DNA of 64,000 nucleotides from Candidatus Methanomethylophilaceae archaeon (GTDB lineage: Archaea; Thermoplasmatota; Thermoplasmata; Methanomassiliicoccales; Methanomethylophilaceae), in contig JBMNHS010000001.1 of NCBI GenBank assembly GCA_050950505.1, positions 192,001-256,000 on the forward strand, read 5' to 3'. The notes under the pieces are model-generated. The model made no database searches and was not told where the DNA came from. It saw only the letters and a program-made list of their open reading frames with translations. Numbering within the stretch: the first letter of the stretch is position 1; each line of letters opens with the position of its first letter. Shown piece by piece: positions 9,296 to 19,771 of this stretch. The position numbers were made by a program, and so were the translations under genes.

Positions 9296-10396
9296 TCACC
9301 CTTTATACGACCGCCCCCTGGACATCAGCATGTATGCGAATATCGGCGTGCCGATTATGGCTGTAATCGCTCCAACGGGCAATTCCATGGGCATGAGCAC
9401 CGTTCTGGCAATTATGTCCGAAAACAGCATGAGCATTGCCCCCAGCACGATGCTCGCAGGCATTATCAGCCGGTGATCGCTTCCGAGTGCCATTCTGCAG
9501 GCATGGGGAATTATCAGACCGACAAATCCTATGACTCCGCAGAACGCGACACACAGGGCGGTGAGAACCGAGGCGATTATCATCATCAGTCTTTTGAACC
9601 GCTTGGTGTTAAGTCCCAATTGTTTCGCCTGTTCCTCGCCCAAGGAGAACAGATTGAATTCCCTCGCCCAAAGCATGGCCATCAAAGATATGCCCAGAGT
9701 GGGCACCAACACCAACAGGGCGTTCTCCCAGGTTATGTTTGCGAAGGAACCGAACATCCACCACATCGCATTGGAAATGTTGTCTTTTGCGAGAGACAGG
9801 AATATGGTCTGCACGGAAGAAAAGGCAAACCCCACGATTACCCCCGCCAGGATGTAATTGGTCGGAGTGCCTCCCGCACCTTCGGCGACAGTCATCGTAA
9901 GCGCGAATGCCAGAAGCCCCCCTATTATCGCGGCGACGGGAATTATGTACAGTTCGTTGTTGCCCAGAAACGGCAGCGTTGTACCCAAGGCGATAACTGA
10001 AATGGCCAAACAGCCCGCACCCGAAGAAACCCCTGTGATGTAAGGATCCACGAGAGGGTTTCTTATCAATGCCTGGTACATGCACCCCGCCACCGAAAGT
10101 CCGGCACCCACACCGATTGCCGCCAGGGCACGGGGCAGCCGGGCCCTGTAGATATACAGTTCTTCCGGGTTCAGATTTTCTCCGCCCTTCCTTATGGCGG
10201 AGAACATCGAAGATATCGCCTTATCCATGGAGATTATTCCTCCCGAGGATATTGAAATGGATATCAACAACGCGAATACCGACATCAGGATGCCGAAGGA
10301 CAGAATAAGAACGAATCTTTTCTTTTTTATTTTTATTTCACTTTCTTCCGCATCGTCTTTCGGCGGAAGATTCTTGGTTTTTTCCGAATCGTTCAT
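9296..10396 (-). CDS. ABC transporter permease, BtuC/FecCD family
   Basis: RLPRAL, QALIRNPLVDPYITGVSSGA, GEEQAKQLG, IGFVGLIIPH, ELPVG. Confidence 0.95.
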   Translation of the reverse strand: MNDSEKTKNLPPKDDAEESEIKIKKKRFVLILSFGILMSVFALLISISISSGGIISMDKAISSMFSAIRKGGENLNPEELYIYRARLPRALAAIGVGAGLSVAGCMYQALIRNPLVDPYITGVSSGAGCLAISVIALGTTLPFLGNNELYIIPVAAIIGGLLAFALTMTVAEGAGGTPTNYILAGVIVGFAFSSVQTIFLSLAKDNISNAMWWMFGSFANITWENALLVLVPTLGISLMAMLWAREFNLFSLGEEQAKQLGLNTKRFKRLMMIIASVLTALCVAFCGVIGFVGLIIPHACRMALGSDHRLIMPASIVLGAMLMLFSDIIARTVLMPMELPVGAITAIIGTPIFAYMLMSRGRSYKG

Positions 10397-12066
10397 TTGC
10401 CGATCCTCCAGACCAAAACGGCTATCACAAGTATAGCCAGAACGGCAACCGTTGCCAATGCCGTGACTTTGAAATCTCCTCCGTCGGATTCCTCCGTCCG
10501 GATAGGTCCGGAGTCATAAAGACCGAAATCCGCCCAGCTGTCCCCGTATTCTTCGTAATATCCTATTTTGAATGAGGATTCGGTTTTGTCGAAGACCTTT
10601 TGTCCCAGATCCGGACGTTCGCCTTCGAACACCGCTTTTTTCAGAACGGCACAGCCGAAAAACGCATGATTTCCAACGGATTTCACCGATTCGGGAAGCG
10701 TTATTTCAACAAGGGATTCACAGGCCGTGAACGCACGTCTGCCTATGGACTCCAGAGAATTTCCGAAAGTTATGTTCTTCAGATTGCCGCATTCCGAAAA
10801 AGCGTATTCGCCGATGGAAATCAAGCCGTTCGGAAGATTGATTTTGACCAGCCGACTGCATTTGTCAAAACAGTGATTTCCCAACCGTTCCAAAGATTCC
10901 CCGAAGTTGACTTCCGTCAGACTCTCGCACTGATAAAAGGACCAATCCCCGATTGTTTTCACATTTTCGCCCAGAGTCACGGATTCCATGGATCTGCAGC
11001 TGTAGAATGTGCTGTGCTCCATCTCCGTGACGGAATCGGGAACCGTTGCTGTCTTGAGACTGCTGCAGTATCCGAAGACCCTCTCCGACAACAGTCCGAC
11101 GGTGTTGCTGATGTACAGGGTCTCTGCGCCGTTGCAGTCGTAGAACGCCCCGCCCTCGATGGTTTTCACGGAATCCGGTATGACTATGTCCTTGAATCCA
11201 TGGCACATTCTGAAGGATTCGAAACCGAGATATTCCAGTGTGTCCGGGAGTTCCACGTCTTCCATGACGTAACATTGTCTGAATGCTTCGTCATCGATGT
11301 GCATCACTCCCTTCGGTATATTTGCGGTTTTGAGTTTGTTGCAATCGTAAAAGGCACGGTCGGAAATCTTCACAATGTTCTTTCCGAGACTGAGAGAAGT
11401 GATTTCAACGGATTTGTCCCCGTATTTTTCTTCAAAAGCGCTCTGTCCTATCCGGGTAACGGGAATCCCTTCGATTTCATCCGGTATCTCAATCACGGTC
11501 CCGCTGATACGGTAATACACCGTAATTTCCCCTTCCAGGACAAGGTAATCGAAAGAACAGGTTTCACCGGTATAAATGCGGTAATCCATATTTTCCGTTG
11601 ATGCCGGCCATCCTTCCGATTGCATCGGAGACTTGTATACGGTGACATCCGTGTTCAGAAAAGTGTCATCCTCCGTTTCCGGGAAAGATCCCAAAAAATA
11701 CACCGAAAGGGTTCCGCAGCCTGAGAAGGCCTCATGTCCGATGTATCTGACATTCTTGGGAATTATGATTTTATCAATGGATGTGCAGTCTTTGAAAGAC
11801 TCGTCCCCCAGCTCCATCAGTTCATACCCTTCCACCGCGGAACGGAGATACACCGTACGGTCGTCACCCGGAGTGTATCTGAGAATTCTGCTGAAGCTGT
11901 CTTCCGTGTCCATGTAAGTTTCGTAACCGTATATCGCACCGTCGGGTGCAATCATTTCCAGACCGATTTCCGCGGCTTCGGCTTCATTCAAAGAAAATAA
12001 AGCTGATAATCCGCCCGATATCAAACAAACTGCCGTGATTAGTATTAGAGTGCGTTTTGAATCCAT
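10393..12066 (-). CDS. BspA-type leucine-rich-repeat surface protein
   Basis: Repeated IGxxAFxxCxxLxxVxLPxxL units, signal peptide, C-terminal TM helix. Confidence 0.9.
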   Translation of the reverse strand: MDSKRTLILITAVCLISGGLSALFSLNEAEAAEIGLEMIAPDGAIYGYETYMDTEDSFSRILRYTPGDDRTVYLRSAVEGYELMELGDESFKDCTSIDKIIIPKNVRYIGHEAFSGCGTLSVYFLGSFPETEDDTFLNTDVTVYKSPMQSEGWPASTENMDYRIYTGETCSFDYLVLEGEITVYYRISGTVIEIPDEIEGIPVTRIGQSAFEEKYGDKSVEITSLSLGKNIVKISDRAFYDCNKLKTANIPKGVMHIDDEAFRQCYVMEDVELPDTLEYLGFESFRMCHGFKDIVIPDSVKTIEGGAFYDCNGAETLYISNTVGLLSERVFGYCSSLKTATVPDSVTEMEHSTFYSCRSMESVTLGENVKTIGDWSFYQCESLTEVNFGESLERLGNHCFDKCSRLVKINLPNGLISIGEYAFSECGNLKNITFGNSLESIGRRAFTACESLVEITLPESVKSVGNHAFFGCAVLKKAVFEGERPDLGQKVFDKTESSFKIGYYEEYGDSWADFGLYDSGPIRTEESDGGDFKVTALATVAVLAILVIAVLVWRIGK

Positions 12067-12067
12067 T

Positions 12068-13891
12068 TCAGACTCTCCTGTACAGTATTATGAAACTTGC
12101 CAATGAGGTTGTGAACAAAATCGTGAAAAGATACCAGGACCAGTGGTTGAAACCCGTGGACACCAGAACCGGCCCGGTTTCGTAATCGTCCTGACCTGCC
12201 CCCGGTATGTTGGAAAGACAGTAAACGGCTCCGTAATCGTTGCCCGCATAGATCTTTCCGTTTATCACCGTGGGCTGCACCATTGAGTATGACACACTGG
12301 ACGTCGGCGTCAGCAGCATTCTCCAATTTTCTTCACCGGTTTCCGCGTTCAGGGATGTGAGGCATCCCCCGGTGGGATACATCGTACCCGTGGAGTAATC
12401 CATGAAGTACACACATCCCCCCGCAAGGGTCAACGGAGATTTTATCCAGGACGGGCTGTTGTATTTCCAGACCGGGTTCCCTTCCCAATCAATAAGATAT
12501 ACCCCGGAGGCCCAATCGCCGTCGGGTACTTTGTTTACATAAACGTAAATTCCTTCCTCGGACACCGTGGGTTCGCAGGACCAGGCGGCGATTCTGTTGA
12601 GTTCGTCTCCGGTTTCCGCATCCAAATACAGTATGTGCCCCTGTCTGGGGGATAATGCGCCGTCTGTGCAAGATACAACCAGAATGTCGCGGGAACCGTT
12701 ATTTCCCAAAGCCATGTGGCCGGAGGAACCTGGAGTTCCTTCTTCAAGAATGTTGTTTCCCATCAGACGTATCGCTTCAAGTTCCCATATCTGTTCTCCC
12801 GTCAAGGCGTCCAGCGCATGGACGTAACCGCTGTAGCCTCCGATGAACAGCATGCTTTTGCCGTTGACGGAGCCGAGTATAGGGGCGTGATAATAGTAAC
12901 ACCCTCTGGCTTCGCCGGTCGGAACGTGTTCCCACAGTATGTCGCACCCTTCCCTTGATACGGATGCACATACTGTTTTTCCGTCATCGGTGCCGAAATA
13001 TATCGCGCCTCTGAAATAAACCGGGGTCGTCGCTCCCGTCACAAAGGTGCGTCCATCCCAATCCGGTGCCGACTCCCCGTCGGATACGGGGGGATCGTAA
13101 GGCAGGGTTTCCGTCCACAGCAGATCCCCGGTCACGCAGTCCAATCCGTATATGTCTCTGTTGGATGCCGTGAGAACAATCATGTCGCCCACGATTGCCG
13201 GGGTGGAAACCTCATAACCTATGCTGCCCGCATAAGAGAAACTCCAGATTTCCTTGCCGGTGTCCGTGTCTATGCAGTGAAGAGCAGGCCTGAAATCAGG
13301 ATCCCAGTGGCCGTCAGAGGTATGATACAGCCTGTTTTCTGAGACTAACAATCCTGAATCCACGTAACCGTTGTCCGAATACGTCCTGTACCATTCCACC
13401 GGGGATGCGGGTTCTTCCAAGGGAGGGGAATCCGACGTTCCCGCGGCATCGGCCGCACCTCTGTACATGGTCCACGAATCTTTGTGGGAAGGGGTTTCGG
13501 AAGGATGCAGCCCTTCGGGATAGAATCCCCACGCAAAGGAGCCTCCTCCGTAGGTGCCGTCAGAATCGCAGACCGTCCATCCGTTATCGGAATAACTGTA
13601 AAACGTCCAGCTCACGGTTCTGCCGGGCAGAGTGATGTTTTCGATTCCGTTTATCGTTGCTTCGGATCCGGTTTTCATGAATTCCATGTTTGCCGAGGCC
13701 GCGCAGCTTTCCGACACTTCCGCATATGAACCGGTCGAGTTTATTTCGGTCCATACCGTATGTCCGTCACCCATGTCGAACAGCATGAAATCTTCACTCT
13801 GTCCGGGTTCCGAGGAATAAGATACCGGCATCACGAACAATGCCGAAAGGAAAAACATCGCAGATATCAGGCAAAGGGCGGTTTTACGCAA
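12068..13891 (-). CDS. Membrane-anchored PQQ-type beta-propeller protein with N-terminal DUF4430-like segment
   Basis: LDxxTGxxxW repeats, signal peptide, C-terminal TM; TTG start at 13891 preceded by GGAGGTGA. Confidence 0.8.
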   Translation of the reverse strand: MRKTALCLISAMFFLSALFVMPVSYSSEPGQSEDFMLFDMGDGHTVWTEINSTGSYAEVSESCAASANMEFMKTGSEATINGIENITLPGRTVSWTFYSYSDNGWTVCDSDGTYGGGSFAWGFYPEGLHPSETPSHKDSWTMYRGAADAAGTSDSPPLEEPASPVEWYRTYSDNGYVDSGLLVSENRLYHTSDGHWDPDFRPALHCIDTDTGKEIWSFSYAGSIGYEVSTPAIVGDMIVLTASNRDIYGLDCVTGDLLWTETLPYDPPVSDGESAPDWDGRTFVTGATTPVYFRGAIYFGTDDGKTVCASVSREGCDILWEHVPTGEARGCYYYHAPILGSVNGKSMLFIGGYSGYVHALDALTGEQIWELEAIRLMGNNILEEGTPGSSGHMALGNNGSRDILVVSCTDGALSPRQGHILYLDAETGDELNRIAAWSCEPTVSEEGIYVYVNKVPDGDWASGVYLIDWEGNPVWKYNSPSWIKSPLTLAGGCVYFMDYSTGTMYPTGGCLTSLNAETGEENWRMLLTPTSSVSYSMVQPTVINGKIYAGNDYGAVYCLSNIPGAGQDDYETGPVLVSTGFNHWSWYLFTILFTTSLASFIILYRRV

Positions 13892-15281
13892 ACACGTCAC
13901 CTCCCTGATGTTTGAGATACTTCTGATAATCATCGCCGAGATATTTCGGAACCGAGTCCAAGGGATCGTCCAGTGTGAACTGGGAACTGTGAATCATTTT
14001 TCCAAGAAGTTCCACTGCCTCGCCTATTCTGGGCCCGGGTCTTGAAAAGATGTCCGCGGTTTTGCCGGTCAGCATGTATACGTTACCGTCACGGAAAGCG
14101 GGAGTGTCTTTCCACATGGGATCGAGACTGTTCAGCATTTCCAGGTAATCCTCCATCGTCGCGTCGGCTCTTTCGTTAATTATTATCATACATTGGGGAC
14201 GTTTGTTGTTTATCCACTCCTTCGATACCATGAACCAGGAAGAATCCTGGGACGCGAAGATGTTGGAAGAGGTCACCGTTTCGATTATATCGTTCATGAA
14301 TGTGTCCCGTCCCGACGTCCACGGAGTGGGTATGGGCGATAATGCGACGAACACCGATTTCTCCGAAGTGTTGCCTATCTTGGCCCGGACGTTGGAAATC
14401 GTCATTTCTATTTTTTCGATCACAGAACCCGCGTTCTCTTCCAAACCCATCGATGCGGCCACAATCCAGATGTTCCGGTAAACCGACTCTATGGATTTTG
14501 AGTCGTAAAGCACAACGCAGTCTATGCCGGATTTCATGAGCCTGTCGGCCATGGACACATGTTGCCCCGCACCGGCGTCACAGAACACCAAATCGGGCTG
14601 TAACCGGACTATCCACTCGTAGTTCGGGTCTATGTATCCGCCTATCTCTATCAGAGAACCGTCTTTTTTCCGTTCGGTCACGGAATCCGGACAGTCGCTG
14701 TACCTGTCGACACCGACAAGATATTCGACACCGCCCACGGATGCGATGATTTCGGTCAGGGAAGGGGCCAAAGACACCACCTTCAACGGATTCCCCGTCT
14801 GTTTCGATATTCCGCCCGTAGCGTATCTGTAGTACGTGCCTCCCGAATGGTCCGTTCCCGGCATTACCTCCGAAGGGTCATCGGTTCTTGCCCAGCACGT
14901 CAGTCTGTAATCCGATGCCTTTATTTCTGAAGGATTTTCCTCCGTCGCCGACCATTTGGATTTGTCGGTGTCCATGGTGAAAAGGGTCCAAGGTCTGTCC
15001 GGAAGCGAGTGCTGTTCGTTTATCTGCAGGACCGTTTCGTTGTCGGAGTCGGTGCTGAAACTGTACCCGTTGATGTGACACGCTTCGCTGAGGACTTCGA
15101 TGCAGTTCCGGTCTCCGAGACTCAACGGAACCCATTTCACGTCATAGAACCCGAAGTCTATCATCACTCCTTCGCTGTCATCCTTTTCGGAAACCGTCAG
15201 GCCGATCATCGGAAAAGACGCGATGACCACCAACACTATCGTCACTGAAACTCCGAGCTTCAACGCGGTCGGCCTGAACAT
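13884..15281 (-). CDS. ABC substrate-binding protein, BtuF-like helical-backbone receptor, with extra N-terminal domain
   Basis: KVVSLAPSLTEII, VGVDRYSDCP, EWIVRLQPDLV, SRPGPRI. Confidence 0.88.
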   Translation of the reverse strand: MFRPTALKLGVSVTIVLVVIASFPMIGLTVSEKDDSEGVMIDFGFYDVKWVPLSLGDRNCIEVLSEACHINGYSFSTDSDNETVLQINEQHSLPDRPWTLFTMDTDKSKWSATEENPSEIKASDYRLTCWARTDDPSEVMPGTDHSGGTYYRYATGGISKQTGNPLKVVSLAPSLTEIIASVGGVEYLVGVDRYSDCPDSVTERKKDGSLIEIGGYIDPNYEWIVRLQPDLVFCDAGAGQHVSMADRLMKSGIDCVVLYDSKSIESVYRNIWIVAASMGLEENAGSVIEKIEMTISNVRAKIGNTSEKSVFVALSPIPTPWTSGRDTFMNDIIETVTSSNIFASQDSSWFMVSKEWINNKRPQCMIIINERADATMEDYLEMLNSLDPMWKDTPAFRDGNVYMLTGKTADIFSRPGPRIGEAVELLGKMIHSSQFTLDDPLDSVPKYLGDDYQKYLKHQGGDVFA

Positions 15282-15287
15282 GTTCCA

Positions 15288-16610
15288 TCACACTGTCGTC
15301 CAGGGATTTTTTGCGTCATCCGGTGTCAGATTGGGATCGCCTACCCAGTCCGAATTGTTGGGTGTGTTGCAATAAATCACCGCGAAATACGGATTGGATA
15401 CATAGGAATAGTATCCGCTCGTCCACTGATTAAATTCCCATTCTTCCTTTTTGAAGTTCCAGTTGAACTGTGCGGGATAATCCCAGGATTCATCGGCGGA
15501 ATGATAGATTCCGTTGCTGTACAATCCGAAGAAGTAGAATATCCAGCCTCTCAAATCGTTTCCTCCGACAATGGCTTCCGAAGCAATGTAGTCCCAGCCC
15601 ATCTCACTGAAGATTTTCTCAAGAGCCTCGTCAGCGGTGGATGCGGTGGTTTGAACCCAGATTCCTTCCACAAGTTCATCCCTGGTAAGACCGGGGGCAT
15701 CGTTTTCGAAATTGACCAGATCAACGAAGTCTTCCGATATTTGCAGGAATATGTAGAAGTCCCCTTTGGGCTTGTACATGACTCCGTCGTCCATGTATGC
15801 AGGTTCTTCGTATTCGCCGTCGGCAATGGGCACTATGGCAAAGTTCGCCCGGTCCCTCAAGAAGAATTTATCGTCCGTGAGCTGAACTTTCTCCCATTTG
15901 TCATCTCTTATCAGATCTCTGGTGTACTCCCCGGTTTCCGGATCTTTGATTATTTTGAATTCCGTATGTTGATAAAGCAGAATATAACCGTCCGTGCTTG
16001 TGAGTTCGGTGCCGTCAACCATGATTTTACTGTCGGATTCGCTTACCGTGTGTCCCGCACCCTTCATAGCTTCGACAAAGATTGTTTTAGGGGTGGTCGA
16101 AAACACCTTCAGAGGTTCATCGGAACCGCCGACCTTCACATTCACGTAGAATCCGGGGTTGGTGTACCCTTGCGGATTGGTGGTGAATCTTTTTGCCATG
16201 GATATTCCGAAAGCTGAATTGTCTTTCAGATCCAGGACTTCTCCGGATTCGTAAATGGAAGTTATGACTTTCCATTCAGTATCCCATTTCCAGATTACCC
16301 AGACTTTTCCTTCGTCCGCTTTCTTTCCGTCCACGGAGTGTATGGAACCGTCGTTGTCGAAGGTCAGCCCGTATCCCATGTCTTCCATCCCGTCAATCAG
16401 GATGTCTCGGATGTTGTATCCCTTGATGCGGGTTTCATCGACGTTCCCGTCGCCCGAATCGAAACAGACCGAAACGGAGCATTCTTCGCTTGTATTGTAT
16501 ATGTGCTGGTTTGTTGCCGATGTTCCGCTCAGTGACGAAAACACCGCAACACCGCTGATAAGCAATACCATCGCCGCCACTGCGGCAATCAAAGTATTTT
16601 TTGAAATCAT
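15288..16610 (-). CDS. Secreted/surface protein with repeated DUF4430-like modules
   Basis: Signal peptide; IHSVDG...WVIWKWD..W pattern resembling transcobalamin-like beta domains. Confidence 0.55.
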   Translation of the reverse strand: MISKNTLIAAVAAMVLLISGVAVFSSLSGTSATNQHIYNTSEECSVSVCFDSGDGNVDETRIKGYNIRDILIDGMEDMGYGLTFDNDGSIHSVDGKKADEGKVWVIWKWDTEWKVITSIYESGEVLDLKDNSAFGISMAKRFTTNPQGYTNPGFYVNVKVGGSDEPLKVFSTTPKTIFVEAMKGAGHTVSESDSKIMVDGTELTSTDGYILLYQHTEFKIIKDPETGEYTRDLIRDDKWEKVQLTDDKFFLRDRANFAIVPIADGEYEEPAYMDDGVMYKPKGDFYIFLQISEDFVDLVNFENDAPGLTRDELVEGIWVQTTASTADEALEKIFSEMGWDYIASEAIVGGNDLRGWIFYFFGLYSNGIYHSADESWDYPAQFNWNFKKEEWEFNQWTSGYYSYVSNPYFAVIYCNTPNNSDWVGDPNLTPDDAKNPWTTV

Positions 16611-16612
16611 TT

Positions 16613-18169
16613 TTACATTCTCCTTTTCAGTATGATGAGGGCTGCCAGAATCAACGCGACGGCCGTCACGCCTATCGCCGCGTACATGATGGAAGACGAA
16701 CCGCTTCCGCCCTCTGAATCAAGGGAATTTTTGTAAACCGCACTCTCGATGCAGAACAGTGTGTTGCTGTCGTTCACGACGTAAAGGCTGCCGTTCGGTC
16801 CTATGGTAACATTCGATGTTGAAAATTCACTCGGAACGGAGGTGTACATGTGCACAAGTTCGCCTTCGGTGCGGGTCTGATTGTCTTCAAGGACCGCAAG
16901 CACTCCGGGGTAGGTGTATGTGAACGTGTAGAGGTAAACCGTCTGATCGTTCTCCTCGTTCGCATAAGCATCGCATAACGTTATGTGATAAAAGCTCAAT
17001 TCTCCGAGACCCATGTCTGTAGATCTGGCTTCATAAATCAATTCCAGACTGTTTGCGTCTATCACGAGTATGCCTCCGCAGTTGGCGTAAATTCTGTCGC
17101 CGTATACCACGGGGGTGATGCGTCTTTGCCAGTTGTCCGAATAATAATGAAGGGTGTCGTCAATGTCGAAAACCCCGTCTTCGTTTGTATCGGTTTTATC
17201 GAACTTACCGGTTTCGGAATCGAAACCTACGGAAAACAGATATCCCGAATAGGTGCTGGAATCTCCCTGTTGCACGAATAGTACGGAAGACCTCTTTTCA
17301 TCGTACACGACACTGCCTCTTATGACTCCCTCGTACAGGAACAGGGTGTCTTCGATCACGGGTTCGCCGGCATCGATGGATGCGGACTTGTTCACCGAGA
17401 ACACGAATCCTCTTTCGGAAGGTATCAGAATATAGTTCTCTATTATGGCCGCTCCCGCCCAGTAAAATCCGGGGGTGCCTCCGCCTTCTCCGTCATCATC
17501 CATTACCCATACGGGGCTCTTGGTTTCCAATTCATCGTCAGGGTCTTCGTCCTCCGCAGAATAACAGTAGAATTCGCCGGTGGATACGCTTCCGCCGCCC
17601 CATTGGAATTGTCCGCTGTAGACGTATCCGTCATCGTACAGAATGGGCATGCAGGGTTGATCGGATACCGAAAATTCGGGGGCGAACCACAATGATTTCA
17701 TTGTTTCTGCATCAAAGGCCTGCATAGATCCCTTGCCAAGGGGAACGAAGATCTTTCCGTCACCGTATGTCAACCATGCCGTATTGCCGTTGCCTGGGAA
17801 TTTTCCGTTCAAATCCGCTTTGGCCGCAAGTTTCCCGTCGGTCGTCAGTTTGAGCAGATGCTCGGGGGTGCATATGTAAACGTAGTCTCCGATTGCCAGA
17901 GGAAACGAACTTCTTATGTTCGTCACCTGGTAAAAGTCACCGTATTTGAAATCCCATATATTCGAAATTTCATCCGGGTTCCGGGGGGCAAGCGAAGAAC
18001 TTATGTTGCTGTTCCAATTGTCGCGTTTGGCAGTGGTCCAATCCAAATCGGAAATGTCCGAATCCGCATAAGCAATACCTGCCACGGGCAACAGCAGGCC
18101 CGCAACCAACACCAAAACGGCGGATGCGGCCAGTGTCGACCTCAAAAGCGATTTTCCGGATTCTGCCAT
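16613..18169 (-). CDS. Membrane-anchored beta-propeller (PQQ-like) surface protein
   Basis: AFDAETMKSLW, GFYWAGA, GSLYVVNDSNTLFCI; signal peptide; C-terminal TM plus KRR. Confidence 0.75.
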   Translation of the reverse strand: MAESGKSLLRSTLAASAVLVLVAGLLLPVAGIAYADSDISDLDWTTAKRDNWNSNISSSLAPRNPDEISNIWDFKYGDFYQVTNIRSSFPLAIGDYVYICTPEHLLKLTTDGKLAAKADLNGKFPGNGNTAWLTYGDGKIFVPLGKGSMQAFDAETMKSLWFAPEFSVSDQPCMPILYDDGYVYSGQFQWGGGSVSTGEFYCYSAEDEDPDDELETKSPVWVMDDDGEGGGTPGFYWAGAAIIENYILIPSERGFVFSVNKSASIDAGEPVIEDTLFLYEGVIRGSVVYDEKRSSVLFVQQGDSSTYSGYLFSVGFDSETGKFDKTDTNEDGVFDIDDTLHYYSDNWQRRITPVVYGDRIYANCGGILVIDANSLELIYEARSTDMGLGELSFYHITLCDAYANEENDQTVYLYTFTYTYPGVLAVLEDNQTRTEGELVHMYTSVPSEFSTSNVTIGPNGSLYVVNDSNTLFCIESAVYKNSLDSEGGSGSSSIMYAAIGVTAVALILAALIILKRRM

Positions 18170-18170
18170 A

Positions 18171-19472
18171 TCAGACCCTCCTCTTGAAAATCAATGCGGC
18201 CGCTACCAGTACGATTACTCCCGCAATCGGCAGTACAAATTTCATTTCGAAATTGCCGCCGTTGTTTCCGTTACCGGGATCCGCGGATCCTCCCCCTTCT
18301 CCGGGACCTTCGGGGTCGACCACGGGGGGTGTCGGTATCACGGTTTCCGAATAGGTTGCGTACACCACCCGGTCTTCGGTCACGTTAATAAGATTATCTT
18401 CAGGGGACCAACCGGAGAAAGTGTACTTTATGTTTCCCGACTGGGCTTTTGTGGGGATTGTCGAGAAAGATGCGTTTTCACCGTCGACGACGTTCACGGT
18501 GCCGATGACGGTTGTTTCATCATCGTCCATGAACGTGACTTTATGCAGTGACGTGCTTCCTTCTTCAACAACAGTCACTTTGCACAGGGGTGACGTCGTG
18601 TTTGCGGTATCACTGAAATTTCTCAGTTCACCCCCCCAATCCACAATTATGTCGTTTATCAGAGCAGATATGTAGTATGTGCCGGGGGTATCAAAAGAAT
18701 AAGTGAAGTTACCGTTCGCGTCCGTGGTTATTTCGGATTCGGGCAGCTCCAAAAGGGAACCGGTCGGCACTTCCTCAAATATCAGTATCTCAGCGCCTTT
18801 GATTTTGGATACGGTCCCGGGGAAGGTGGGCGCCGCCATAAGTGACAGCGTCAGTTCTTCTTCCACTTCGGATTTGACGAAATCCTCCGAGAAATGAGCA
18901 AAAGCGCCTTCTTGATAGAAATTCCAATCCGTGAACATGGAAACTTCGACAATCATGTCGTTTTCCAACGGTATCTCATCGGAAGTCGCGCCGATACTTT
19001 CCGAATCAGGTTTCAGAGGGAATTTGTGATTCAGGAAATACATGAAATTCTCGTCATGACCCCAGAAGGTCTGGAAGTAGGATGAGCCTGCCGAACCTGT
19101 GAGGTTCATCGCATGGGTGTCATCATTGTTTACTATCTTCGTGCCCGGACAGTAGTATTCTTCCAAAGCCGTGATAAGAAGATGCAATACCGTGGGCACT
19201 TCCGCGATGTCTCCGTTTGCATCCGTATACTCATAATCACCCAACCAGTAATCTTCAAGAGGGAAATAGGAAACCGTTACCGGCACCAAAGCCATCACGG
19301 TATTTTCGGTATCGTTGCCTTTTACGAATTGTCCATCGCTCTGCAAAGTGAAATATGCCGTCACTGAATTGTCGTCTCCCAGTTCGGGATCGGCAAATGC
19401 CGCCGGGACCGATGTCAACAATATCACAATCAGTCCTGCGACCAATATTTTATTTTTGAATTTGTTCATCAT
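18171..19472 (-). CDS. Membrane-anchored surface protein (DUF4430-like N-terminal domain, Ig-like, InlB-B-like repeat)
   Basis: Signal peptide after MM at 19472 (GGAGGAG RBS); TVLHLL, FQTFWG; YTFSGW; TM plus KRR. Confidence 0.7.
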   Translation of the reverse strand: MMNKFKNKILVAGLIVILLTSVPAAFADPELGDDNSVTAYFTLQSDGQFVKGNDTENTVMALVPVTVSYFPLEDYWLGDYEYTDANGDIAEVPTVLHLLITALEEYYCPGTKIVNNDDTHAMNLTGSAGSSYFQTFWGHDENFMYFLNHKFPLKPDSESIGATSDEIPLENDMIVEVSMFTDWNFYQEGAFAHFSEDFVKSEVEEELTLSLMAAPTFPGTVSKIKGAEILIFEEVPTGSLLELPESEITTDANGNFTYSFDTPGTYYISALINDIIVDWGGELRNFSDTANTTSPLCKVTVVEEGSTSLHKVTFMDDDETTVIGTVNVVDGENASFSTIPTKAQSGNIKYTFSGWSPEDNLINVTEDRVVYATYSETVIPTPPVVDPEGPGEGGGSADPGNGNNGGNFEMKFVLPIAGVIVLVAAALIFKRRV

Positions 19473-19506
19473 TCGGATTCTCCTCCGATTTACGCACGTA
19501 CACATT

Positions 19507-19537
19507 TTTCGAACCGGTATTTCACCCCGGTTCGAAA
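19507..19537. repeat. 11-bp inverted repeat (hairpin) in the 5' leader of 18171-19472
   Basis: TTTCGAACCGG-N9-CCGGTTCGAAA. Confidence 0.7.
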
Positions 19538-19575
19538 CGGTCCGTTCTGTTCGGAATGACTGAGTTTTATTGATG

Positions 19576-19603
19576 TTATATATCAATGCCAGATTGGTTG
19601 GAT
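19576..19603 (-). promoter_or_regulatory. Putative promoter: ATCCAACCAAT-N10-TATATAA
   Basis: Same 11-mer and spacing to a TATA-like box as at 27188-27215, at the same distance from the start codon. Confidence 0.6.
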
Positions 19604-19771
19604 GTAATCTCTGTTTCGTAGGTAATTGCCCACATTATAAGGAAGAATACCGCATATGCAGCCAATCAGGTTTTCTGATGATACCGAATGCGTTCTCTTG
19701 ATTTTGAAATAAATAAAAAAGAGGTTAAGAGGTTTGTTTCGAGATTGGGGATCGTTTCCTTCAAAACGGAA